A stretch of 64,000 nt of DNA from Candidatus Curtissbacteria bacterium RIFOXYA1_FULL_41_14 (GTDB taxonomy: Bacteria > Patescibacteriota > Microgenomatia > Curtissbacterales > GWA2-41-24), in NCBI GenBank assembly GCA_001775095.1, contig MFCA01000025.1, positions 181,232-245,231 on the forward strand, read 5' to 3'. Within the stretch, counting starts at the first letter, position 1, and each line of letters opens with the position of its first letter. Below are positions 35,230 through 43,502 of the stretch, piece after piece. The position numbers were made by a program, and so were the translations under genes. The notes beneath the pieces are model-generated. The model was not told the DNA's origin. It did no database searches and saw only the letters and a program-made list of their open reading frames with translations.

Positions 35230-35603
35230 TGTCTTTGTCTATCTTCTGCAATAAATGCTGATAGATTACCTCTTTTTCCTTTAAGAGAGCGTGATTTTTC
35301 TATCATACGCCACAAATTACGCCAATAAATTGCGTTTAAATGGGAAAGTGATTTGGCTTTAACAGTTTTGCCCCCTCTGTATTCCTTCATACTTTGATTA
35401 GTTGATCTTAGTGCATCTTCGATTTCAAATTCTTCTAATTTCTTATTCATTTTTTCAAGGGTTCGGACATCAACGATGGCAATATCAGGCTTGTTGTTCT
35501 TTAAGACTACAATAGGTTGTTTGGTTTTTTTGACTTCTTCAAAGACATGTTTGTAGTTTCGTTGGATCTCGCGTATGGTGGTAGTTTTAGGGAAAGTAAA
35601 CAT
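35226..35603 (-). CDS. Phd/YefM-like antitoxin with a C-terminal extension
   Basis: The N-terminal TTTIREIQRNYKHVFEEVKKTKQPIVVLKNNKPDIAIVDVRTLEKM is Phd/YefM-like. Its stop overlaps the PIN gene start. Confidence 0.6.
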   Translation of the reverse strand: MFTFPKTTTIREIQRNYKHVFEEVKKTKQPIVVLKNNKPDIAIVDVRTLEKMNKKLEEFEIEDALRSTNQSMKEYRGGKTVKAKSLSHLNAIYWRNLWRMIEKSRSLKGKRGNLSAFIAEDRQRH

Positions 35604-35612
35604 AGTATTGTC

Positions 35613-35653
35613 ATACTATCATATGTAAAATTTACTGTCAATATACAGATGAT
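35613..35653 (-). promoter_or_regulatory. TA-operon promoter (TTGACA-N17-TAGTAT) flanked by a 10-bp inverted repeat (candidate autoregulatory operator)
   Basis: Minus strand reads ATCATCTGTAtaTTGACAgtaaattttacatatgaTAGTAT. The inverted repeat ATCATaTGTA / TACAgATGAT (35618-35627 and 35644-35653) brackets the -35. Confidence 0.45.
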
Positions 35654-35677
35654 AATTTATGCTATTATTGAACCGAG

Positions 35678-36118
35678 ATGGCGGGACTTTTGGTTGGCTT
35701 AATTATTGTTGTCATAATGTTTGGTGCTGGTTTTTCAGTTTATTCAAAATTTTTATCAAACCAAAACATAATTTCATCCAGTCCGTCCCCAATTCAGGAA
35801 GTAAATATTTCAAGTGGTATTGCTGGAAAGATTTTACTTGGTCCTCAATGTCCGGCCGTACAAATAAATCATGAGGATCAGAATTGTGAACCTCGGCCGT
35901 ATCAAACAACGATTGTTGTTAAGACAATTGACGGAAGAAAAGTCACCGAGTTTAGTTCAAACATCAACGGCGAATTTAGGATAAACCTAGCGCCAGGAAG
36001 TTATCGGCTTGAGACCGCTGATCAATCGGAACTTCCTTATCTAACTCCAACTCCGGTTGATGTCGAAGTAAATAAATTTAAAGAAGTAACTCTGCGTTTC
36101 GATACAGGAATCAGATAA
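35678..36118 (+). CDS. Hypothetical secreted/anchored protein (N-terminal TM plus a beta-rich domain)
   Basis: N-terminal LLVGLIIVVIMFGAGF, a Cys pair (CPAV...NCEP), and a beta-strand-rich C-terminus. Confidence 0.4.
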   Translation: MAGLLVGLIIVVIMFGAGFSVYSKFLSNQNIISSSPSPIQEVNISSGIAGKILLGPQCPAVQINHEDQNCEPRPYQTTIVVKTIDGRKVTEFSSNINGEFRINLAPGSYRLETADQSELPYLTPTPVDVEVNKFKEVTLRFDTGIR

Positions 36119-36122
36119 TTCT

Positions 36123-36791
36123 ATGAGGGAAAACCAAATTATCAAGCTGTTAAGATACGTTTTGGTTTTAGGATTTTTATTTATTCTAATTTTGCCCGGA
36201 TACGTCTATTTTCAACATAGGGGTTGGTTTTCTTTTTTGGCAGGAGCTGATTTTAAAACCGCTGCCAGGTTACTTTTTCCTCTTTTCGGTCTCTACGCGT
36301 TTACCTTACTTTGGTCACAACTAATTCTAGGTCCGAATGCCATTTTATTTAGAAAAGTCCAGCCGAAAATTACTATATTTCATCATCGCCAGGGAATTTT
36401 TATCTTTCTTTTGGCAGTTTTTCATCCTACACTAATTTTGATTGCATTTGGATTTTCTCAATATCTAGGCTATAAATTTTTGCCGCAACCGCTTGCTTTG
36501 TATGCATTCTTGGGGACATTAGCCTTGGGTCTTTTGACCTTAACTGTAATCACTGCAATCCTTTCCCGGCTTTCTTTCTTAAGTTACAAATGGCGGATTT
36601 TCCATTTTCTCAACTATGTTGTCTTTGCCTTGGCTTGGATTCATTCCTGGAATTTAGGATCGGATATCAAAAGTACAAATCTTAAATATCTCTGGATATT
36701 TTTCGGGGGGACAGCTTTAATTTCTGCTTTTTTGAGATTCAGACGGACAGGAATTAAAATCGTCTTTTCAAGCCTACGAGGCCAAAAGTAG
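36123..36791 (+). CDS. Polytopic membrane protein with conserved His pairs (ferric-reductase-like / MsrQ-like TM domain?)
   Basis: Six predicted TM helices with His residues spaced within helices (FHHRQGIFIFLLAVFH...; FHFLNYVVFALAWIH). Assignment is tentative. Confidence 0.35.
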   Translation: MRENQIIKLLRYVLVLGFLFILILPGYVYFQHRGWFSFLAGADFKTAARLLFPLFGLYAFTLLWSQLILGPNAILFRKVQPKITIFHHRQGIFIFLLAVFHPTLILIAFGFSQYLGYKFLPQPLALYAFLGTLALGLLTLTVITAILSRLSFLSYKWRIFHFLNYVVFALAWIHSWNLGSDIKSTNLKYLWIFFGGTALISAFLRFRRTGIKIVFSSLRGQK

Positions 36792-37263
36792 TCAAGGAGA
36801 TTCCAAAAACCAAGATTGCCACTGTCGGTAAGATTGATCCTGCCGGAGCGAGACCACCTGCACCTGAGGTGGCAATACTTTCGGGTAGTTGGCCGATGGT
36901 TAGAGTGAATGAGGCGGATTGACTGCCGGATGTAATTGAGACAGTGTTATCACCTGTTAAATCAGCCGCAGGGGTCCAAGACCAGTTACTGGAAGCGTCA
37001 GCAGTTGCCGAAACTGACTGGTTTCCTACTGTGCCGGTAACTGCTGCGCCCGCAGTTGTAATACCTGAGAAAGTCGGCCTTGATGATGTTACCCAAAACT
37101 GAGTTGCTCCCTGAATAAAAGTAGCACCGCCGATTGAGGAAATAAGGCCGGAACCAGCCAAAACAGTGATAAGTGATAAGTGTAAAGTGATAAGTGTAAG
37201 GGAAAAAACTGTTATAGCACTAAGCATTAATCGTTTAGCGTTCAGCGTTAAACGGGCAGCCAT
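36754..37263 (-). CDS. S/T/G-rich putative surface protein with a C-terminal TM plus basic tail; the N-terminal region overlaps GTGATAAGT repeats
   Basis: 169 aa; ...TVAILVFGISLTTFGLVGLKRRF resembles a sorting/anchor signal. Its 3' end overlaps the convergent ORF 36123..36791 by about 38 bp. Confidence 0.35.
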   Translation of the reverse strand: MAARLTLNAKRLMLSAITVFSLTLITLHLSLITVLAGSGLISSIGGATFIQGATQFWVTSSRPTFSGITTAGAAVTGTVGNQSVSATADASSNWSWTPAADLTGDNTVSITSGSQSASFTLTIGQLPESIATSGAGGLAPAGSILPTVAILVFGISLTTFGLVGLKRRF

Positions 37264-37345
37264 AATTTTACGATAGCAGCTTGGTGTAAAAAATGCAAAA
37301 AAAATTGGCTGATTGGACTTTCAGATGGTAGGATAGTTAAGAGAA

Positions 37346-38356
37346 ATGATTGTTCGCGAAGTTAGAGAGGAAGAAAAGACTGCATATAATAAAGCCGTTA
37401 GTCACGTCATTCAATCCTGGGAATGGGGAGAATTTCGCAGAAAAATGGGGCTTGATCTGGTTAGACTTGGACACTTCGAAAGCAATAACTTGTCTTGTGC
37501 TTACCAATTAACTTTTCATCCAGTACCATTTTTTAAATATTCAATCGGCTATTTGCCGAAAGGACCGATGCCGGATGAAAAAATGGTTGAGGCTTTAAAA
37601 ACACTCGGGCAAAAGAAAAATGTCGCCTTTATTAAAATTGAACCCAACGTAATCAGTGATAAGTCAAAAGTGATAAGTGATAAGTTTAGAAATTTAGGAC
37701 TTGTTCAGTCTAAAAAATCACTGTTTACCAAATATAACTTTCTTATTGATCTAACAAAAACGGAAGAACAGCTTTTAGCGGCTATGCATCCGAAAACCCG
37801 TTATAACATCGGGATTGCTCAGAAAAAGGGAGTCGAGGTCTACGAAAGCACTAAAGAAGAAGATTTTGAGATTTATTTAAAACTTTATTTTGAAACCACC
37901 AAACGGCAAAAATATTTTGGCCACACTTCCTCTTATCATAAACTTGTTTGGCAAACGTTAGCCCCCGTCAAAATGGCGCGCTTGCTCATTGCAAAATACC
38001 AGGGAGAACCGCTTGTTGCTTGGATGCTTTTGAATTTCGCCAGTACACTTTATTACCCTTATGGCGGATCATCGAAAGAATATAAGGATGTGATGGCTTC
38101 AAATCTTATTGCTTGGGAAGCAATTCGCCTGGGTAAAAAAATGGGGCTTAAGGTTTTTGACATGTGGGGAGCGCTGGCACCTGATGCTAAAGAGTCTAAT
38201 CCCTGGTACGGATTTCACCGTTTTAAAGCCGGTTATGGTCCGGCGCATGTTGAATATGTCGGAACGTATGACCTTATTTTAAAACCTGCTCTTTACAATA
38301 CTTTAAATATCGCTGATAAGCTCAGATGGATTTATCTTAGGACAAGGCACAGGTAA
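37346..38356 (+). CDS. FemAB/FemX-family peptidoglycan interpeptide-bridge aminoacyltransferase
   Basis: 336 aa, MIVREVREEEKTAYNKAVSHVIQSWEWGEFRRKMG...FLIDLTKTEEQLLAAMHPKTRYNIGIAQKKGVEV..., typical FemX/FemAB motifs. Confidence 0.8.
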   Translation: MIVREVREEEKTAYNKAVSHVIQSWEWGEFRRKMGLDLVRLGHFESNNLSCAYQLTFHPVPFFKYSIGYLPKGPMPDEKMVEALKTLGQKKNVAFIKIEPNVISDKSKVISDKFRNLGLVQSKKSLFTKYNFLIDLTKTEEQLLAAMHPKTRYNIGIAQKKGVEVYESTKEEDFEIYLKLYFETTKRQKYFGHTSSYHKLVWQTLAPVKMARLLIAKYQGEPLVAWMLLNFASTLYYPYGGSSKEYKDVMASNLIAWEAIRLGKKMGLKVFDMWGALAPDAKESNPWYGFHRFKAGYGPAHVEYVGTYDLILKPALYNTLNIADKLRWIYLRTRHR

Positions 38357-38663
38357 CTTGAGCTAGTTTACCCATAGTTGTTTTAATCTCTTGTGGTGTT
38401 TATCGAAAATTTAGTATAATTAATTATCTTCGTTTTTAAGAATTCCTCTTAAAAATACCCGTTTCTAATAAAAACCTCTCAAAATTATCTTTTTTGATCA
38501 TTTTCTTGCAAAAAAACTTTAATATTTAATAAAAAACTGCCAATTGGGGGAATTTTTTAGTATTGAGTGGTCAAATTTTTGTATTTTTTGTGCTTAAACA
38601 AGCAGAATAATTTCTGGCATTAAATAAAATTCATTAGAAGTTTTTATTAATTTTTAAGATTGC

Positions 38664-39476
38664 CTATAGTGGGTTTTGGTCGGACTCTAATTTGCTTGGT
38701 TTATATTGATAAACCAAAAAAGCTTGACTAAATGAGTTCCATTCGGGTGTGACTTCAATAATTCCTCTGTATGCTACGGGTAGAAATAATCTTTTTCTTG
38801 TTTTAGTGAAGCCGAGATCCCAAGAATCTAATTCCTGAAAGAGCTTTCTTTTAAACCTAAATCCATACTCTCTTTGTAAAAATTCTCTGATTAGCCTGGA
38901 ATCTTCATTACTGGCCCTTAAAGGAAAATTATTCATCAAAGCAACACCACCCAATCTTAAAACTCTATGAATCCCTTTAAGCATCGCCATTGGATCGGCA
39001 AGATATTGTGCAGCATGAACTGCTGTGATTATATCGAAAGATTCCGGCCTTAAATATCTCGCTAAAGATTGGGCGTCAGCGATTTTAATCTCAATTCCGT
39101 TCTCATGGATAGCAGAAGGTACTGTGTGATCTGGAGATTCTGGAGGGCAATGATACGGATAAGCTGAGACACCAGTACATTTAATCCGATCGCTCCATTT
39201 TTCTCCACATTCAATCAGGGAGCGGCCTGCACCACAACCAACATCCAGCAAACTGACAAATCCATTTACTGCAATCTTTTCATCCGTAAGCACTATAAAA
39301 TCTTCTCCATTAAAAGACAGTAGATCAGCGTAACCGTTAACATCTTCTCCATCAGCTTTTCTATGCATTAATAACCCTCTTTCAACTTCATACGAAAGCT
39401 CTCTCTGCTGAAACTCAAAGCTATCTCTTCGCACCGACAATATATTAGAAATATTTGGGGCCATTTCTTTAAACAT
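38664..39476 (-). CDS. Class I SAM-dependent methyltransferase
   Basis: Motif I LLDVGCGAGRSLIE and motif post-II ...ESFDIITAVHAAQYL. Confidence 0.75.
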   Translation of the reverse strand: MFKEMAPNISNILSVRRDSFEFQQRELSYEVERGLLMHRKADGEDVNGYADLLSFNGEDFIVLTDEKIAVNGFVSLLDVGCGAGRSLIECGEKWSDRIKCTGVSAYPYHCPPESPDHTVPSAIHENGIEIKIADAQSLARYLRPESFDIITAVHAAQYLADPMAMLKGIHRVLRLGGVALMNNFPLRASNEDSRLIREFLQREYGFRFKRKLFQELDSWDLGFTKTRKRLFLPVAYRGIIEVTPEWNSFSQAFLVYQYKPSKLESDQNPL

Positions 39477-39531
39477 AGTTGGGGAATTCTAACTGAGCTT
39501 TGACTCAAAATCAAATTCAGAGTTGTTATAC

Positions 39532-40122
39532 TTAGGAAATTCTGTAGAGGAAAATTTCGTTTTCTGATTTTAAAGGCTTTTTTTTAGGGAATGCATTAGT
39601 ATTGACCACAATTCGCGCTCCCCTTTTGGCGTTTTGAAAGACGAAATCTTCGAATTTCTGCATGGTTTTTTTGCGGCCGTAGACAAAAATGACATCAGCA
39701 ATTTTAAGATTAGCTTTCCAGAGATTCTGGCGTTTTACGATGACACTCCCTGTCATTCTGGCTTGTCCAGAATCGATTCTGGAGTCGCTTCGCTCCCCAG
39801 AATGACAAGAAGGAAATAGAAAGTAAGCTTTAACTTTGGTAAAGACAATTAAAAATGGATTGATTTCGTAGCCAACAGCGTGGACGCCAGACTTGGCTGC
39901 TGCAAATAAAAGCCGGCCGTCTCCGGAACCAAGATCAACAACAGTCTCGCCCTTTTTAATATTGGCAAGTCTAATAATCGTTCCTATCTTTTCCTTCTTT
40001 GTAGCAACGTAGGGAAGATCTAAGAACAAATCAATGGCAAATAAAAAGAAGGTAATAATGACAAAAAGAAGTAAAAAGATGATGAGTAATAAGAGAACCG
40101 AGATAATGATTATCATAAACAA
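39532..40122 (-). CDS. Membrane-anchored class I SAM-dependent methyltransferase carrying an in-frame repeat insertion
   Basis: N-terminal TM, then VVDLGSGDGRLLFAAAKSGVHAVGYEINPF. A TGTCATTCTGG...CCAGAATGACA element (39751-39807) encodes ...SCHSGERSDSRIDSGQARMTGSV... within the ORF. Confidence 0.6.
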   Translation of the reverse strand: MFMIIIISVLLLLIIFLLLFVIITFFLFAIDLFLDLPYVATKKEKIGTIIRLANIKKGETVVDLGSGDGRLLFAAAKSGVHAVGYEINPFLIVFTKVKAYFLFPSCHSGERSDSRIDSGQARMTGSVIVKRQNLWKANLKIADVIFVYGRKKTMQKFEDFVFQNAKRGARIVVNTNAFPKKKPLKSENEIFLYRIS

Positions 40123-40123
40123 T

Positions 40124-40250
40124 ATCCTATCATCAAATTGACCTAATTGATCTAATATCAGCTAAACTTCATTAGATTTTTAATATTAATTACAATAAAT
40201 AATTGAAGTTTAGCTGATATTAGAAATTAGAGTAATTAGAAATTTATGAC
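40124..40250. repeat. Dispersed ~130-bp repeat, copy 1 (CCTAATTGATCTAAT flank plus an 18-bp-arm hairpin ATATCAGCTAAACTTCA...TGAAGTTTAGCTGATAT)
   Basis: Copy 2 is at 57175-57260 with the same flanks and arms, but the ~30-nt loop is in the reverse-complement orientation. The TTAGAAATTAGAG tail is also shared. Confidence 0.6.
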
Positions 40251-40357
40251 AGATCATTGGATCTTGGCAAGGGAAAAAGGACATATGGTGTTGTATCAGC
40301 AGGTCGCCTTGCGAGGCTTCGCCCTCGCAATGGCGCTCCTCTGATATAGCCGCAATC

Positions 40358-43300
40358 TCAACTTATTTTAGCTAAACTAAATGGACAGATTGCGTTATAA
40401 GCGCAGTAATTGCATGCAGGCACGCGGCCGAAGTATTTGGGATTGGCAACAAAATTGTTGTTTTTTGTGTCCCGGCGGATGTTTTCGGCCGTTTCTAAAA
40501 TTAAATTTTCGGTTTTTTCCAAATCCGCCTTAGTGGGACTGTATGAACCTTCAATCCCCGTTTCTAAAAAATGCAGAGTTACTTTTTCGGGAATAATTTG
40601 ATGACGCTTCCAGTAATTTAGGGCGTAAATAGAAAGTTGTGTTGACTCTTTGGCTTGAGCGTTAGCCCGATCCTCGTCGATATTTTCAGATGATTTATAA
40701 TCTATAATCGTCACTTTACTGCCAAGTCTAATATCTACCCGGTCAAAACGGCCGGTAACAATGACATTTTTTAGGGGAAAATCGAATCTTGCTTCAATCA
40801 GTGTTGGGATATCTTTATTTCTTGCCTCTCGTCTGTAAAATGAGGAAATCGCCAACTTGCCTTGGGCTTTTCGTTTTTCTTCATGCTCAATTGATAAAAA
40901 TCCCTCGCTGTCCCAGGCATTTTCAAATACTTCCAGAACTTGCGGCAGAGTCAAGTTTTTGCCGTTTTTCTTGGATCTTAAGAAGGCGGCAACAGCAGCA
41001 TGCAGTGCCGCGCCGTAAACTATCGCGTGATGACGGAGAATTGGCACACGCAAAATATGGATATAACGATATTTGTAAGCACAGGTCAAATAGTCGTCGA
41101 TTGATCCTTGAGTCAGTTTTAAAACGCTTGTATCAAAAAGAGCTGTCTGAAGACTACGAGCTGGAGTCGGCGCAAATTTTTCGATTTTTTCGACTGGCGA
41201 AAGTCTGGCCGGTGTCGCATCCGTTTTTGGCTTATCTTGAGCCTCCAGAACAAAAGGTGAGACTTTTTTAACTCTCTTGCCGCCGATATCCCTCGAGTGG
41301 GAAAAATACAGTAAATCTTTGGCCCGCGTCATCCCGACATAAAAAAGGCGCCTTTCCTCTTCCTGATGCCAATCGCCTGTTGGCAGTGTTTCTTTGATTA
41401 GTTCTTCGGGAATATCGATTACGTCACCGCGCTGACGTGTTGGAAAATGATCAGAGACCAGATTCACCAGAAAAACAACCCGGAATTCTAAACCTTTGGC
41501 TCCATGAACCGTCATAACATTAACAGCATCCAATTCCGGATCAAATTCAATTGTTGCCGGATCATCGCCTGCCCCACGGATTGCTTCCAGATAATCAACA
41601 AATTGGCTAACTTTCTGGCCGCGGGCAACGTCGGTGAATTCTTTAATCTTGTCGAAAAATTTGGCGATATTTTGAATTTTAATCTGTCCTTCGACTCCTC
41701 CGGTTCTTTCAAGCTTCTTGAGATAACCTGTTCTTTTCAGAAAATCATAAGTAACCCGGCCGACATTTTCACTTCTTCCCAGTTTGATTGACTCCTCAAG
41801 ATCCAAAAGGACTTTATCAATGATTGCTTTTGACTGGTCTGAAATTTCAAGATCATCATGTGAAGCCGAGGCCTGAGGCAGGTTTTTTAGAACATAATAG
41901 AGGGAACGAGTTTTACGACGGGCAAAGGAAGCCAGTTTAATAGCGTCGGTCGGCGGTATTTGGTAAATGTCCGAGGTGATTAAGTTATACAGATTAAGAC
42001 TGTCTTCGAAATCGGAAATTGCGCCTAAAAAAGAAATCAAAAGAGCAATTTCTTCCTGTTGATAAAGGCCTGAGGAGCCGACAAATTTATGGGGAATTCC
42101 TTTCATGTTTAAGGCTCTTAAGAAATGGTCGGCTGCAGCATTGGCACGAACAAGGATGGCAAAATCTTTGTAGTTGTAACGTGTTACTTGTCGCTTGTTA
42201 CGTGTTGCCATTAATTTTTCGATTTCGGAAGCTACAAGATCTGCTTCTTCAGAAATGGTGTCGGCAAATATTTCCTGAGGTGGAATACCTTTTCCTGTTC
42301 TTATTTTACCCCTGGGGTGCGCTGAGTTATGGCCCGGCACACCCCAGGGGTGTATCGATTTGAGTTTTTTGTCGATTCTATTTTGAACTTCGAGTCTGTC
42401 CGGGTCGTTGTGTCTGATTAGTCTATAGGCGCTATCCAAAGTTGGCTGGGTTGAGCGGTAATTTTGAGTCAAAACAACTTGTTTTGCTTTTGGAAAATCT
42501 TTGACGAATTCTAAAATATTGGAAATGGCAGCTCCGCGGAATTTGTAGATAGATTGATCATCATCACCAACGACACAAATATTCTTGTGATTTCTGGCCA
42601 ATATTTTAACCAGTTCATTTTGAGCGTAGTTGGTATCTTGATATTCATCGACCAGAATATATTTAAATTGCTCCTGATATTTACTTAAGATTTTGGGTCT
42701 TTTTTGGAAAAGTTCAATGGTTTTAACAACCTGATCGCCAAAATCCAAAAATCCGGCTTCGTCTTTTAATTTCTCATACATCTCAAAAGCGCCAGCCAGC
42801 TCCTGATATTTCTTTGACTCGATTTTTGACTCTTTGTCTTTAGTCCGCCGGTCTTCGACCCTGAGGCTCAGACCCGAAGGGCTGACGGATTGCGTTAAGC
42901 GTTTAGCGTATAGCGAAAACTCTTTCGGATTTATATTTTCGTCTTTCAGACGCGAAAAAAAAGAAAGGACTGCTGAAATAAATTTTGTCGGATTAGAAAG
43001 AGGCCGCCAGTAATCCAATTGGAACCTAAAAAGATTTTGCTGAAAAAACAATACCTGCTGGGGTCGGGAAAGAATCTTGAAATCCGGTGAAAGACCGATA
43101 TCAAAAGCGTTGTCTCTGAGAATTCGGTCACCAAAGGCATGAAAGGTAGAAATCCAGGTATCGATAAAACCGTATGGGACTAAAATGTCAACTCGTTCTT
43201 CCATTTCACCGGCAGCTTTATCAGTGAAAGTTAAAGCCAAGATTTCTGAGGGTTTGGCCAGTTTCTTTTCGATAATATAGGCGATCCTTCTGGCGATAAC

Positions 43301-43477
43301 GGCAGTCTTGCCTGTACCGGCACCGGCAATAATCAAAAGCGGACCTTCGGTAGTTGTTACTGCTTCTTTTTGCTGTGGATTTAAATTTTTGAGGATCCCA
43401 CTATCCTTACTTCTCGCCTTTTCACTATTGTTCATAGACGGCTCGAAGAGCGAATTTGAGGGACGAGTATCACTCAC
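40358..43477 (-). CDS. AddA/UvrD-like helicase fused to a C-terminal PD-(D/E)XK nuclease with Cys4 (Fe-S) motifs
   Basis: Walker A AGAGTGKTAV and UvrD helicase motifs. The C-terminus has Cas4/AddB-like Cys residues (..DYLTCAYKYRYIHIL... and CNYCAYNAICPF). An internal palindromic insert is at 42308-42353. Confidence 0.85.
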   Translation of the reverse strand: MSDTRPSNSLFEPSMNNSEKARSKDSGILKNLNPQQKEAVTTTEGPLLIIAGAGTGKTAVIARRIAYIIEKKLAKPSEILALTFTDKAAGEMEERVDILVPYGFIDTWISTFHAFGDRILRDNAFDIGLSPDFKILSRPQQVLFFQQNLFRFQLDYWRPLSNPTKFISAVLSFFSRLKDENINPKEFSLYAKRLTQSVSPSGLSLRVEDRRTKDKESKIESKKYQELAGAFEMYEKLKDEAGFLDFGDQVVKTIELFQKRPKILSKYQEQFKYILVDEYQDTNYAQNELVKILARNHKNICVVGDDDQSIYKFRGAAISNILEFVKDFPKAKQVVLTQNYRSTQPTLDSAYRLIRHNDPDRLEVQNRIDKKLKSIHPWGVPGHNSAHPRGKIRTGKGIPPQEIFADTISEEADLVASEIEKLMATRNKRQVTRYNYKDFAILVRANAAADHFLRALNMKGIPHKFVGSSGLYQQEEIALLISFLGAISDFEDSLNLYNLITSDIYQIPPTDAIKLASFARRKTRSLYYVLKNLPQASASHDDLEISDQSKAIIDKVLLDLEESIKLGRSENVGRVTYDFLKRTGYLKKLERTGGVEGQIKIQNIAKFFDKIKEFTDVARGQKVSQFVDYLEAIRGAGDDPATIEFDPELDAVNVMTVHGAKGLEFRVVFLVNLVSDHFPTRQRGDVIDIPEELIKETLPTGDWHQEEERRLFYVGMTRAKDLLYFSHSRDIGGKRVKKVSPFVLEAQDKPKTDATPARLSPVEKIEKFAPTPARSLQTALFDTSVLKLTQGSIDDYLTCAYKYRYIHILRVPILRHHAIVYGAALHAAVAAFLRSKKNGKNLTLPQVLEVFENAWDSEGFLSIEHEEKRKAQGKLAISSFYRREARNKDIPTLIEARFDFPLKNVIVTGRFDRVDIRLGSKVTIIDYKSSENIDEDRANAQAKESTQLSIYALNYWKRHQIIPEKVTLHFLETGIEGSYSPTKADLEKTENLILETAENIRRDTKNNNFVANPKYFGRVPACNYCAYNAICPFSLAKIS
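42308..42353. repeat. Palindromic mini-element inside the AddA-like CDS (ACCCCTGGGGTGCGC ... GCACACCCCAGGGGT)
   Basis: 15-bp inverted arms whose cores are themselves palindromic (CCCCTGGGG / CCCCAGGGG), with a 13-nt loop. It encodes ...HPWGVPGHNSAHPRG... in frame. Confidence 0.55.
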
Positions 43478-43502
43478 GGTGCCATTTTAGCATGGCATAT
43501 AA

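Noticed and set aside
38357-38663. 307-bp AT-rich intergenic region between convergent femX and the methyltransferase, considered for a small RNA or ORF
   Set aside because: There is no ORF longer than 12 codons and no convincing structured element. This is likely just a convergent terminator zone, so nothing is claimed.
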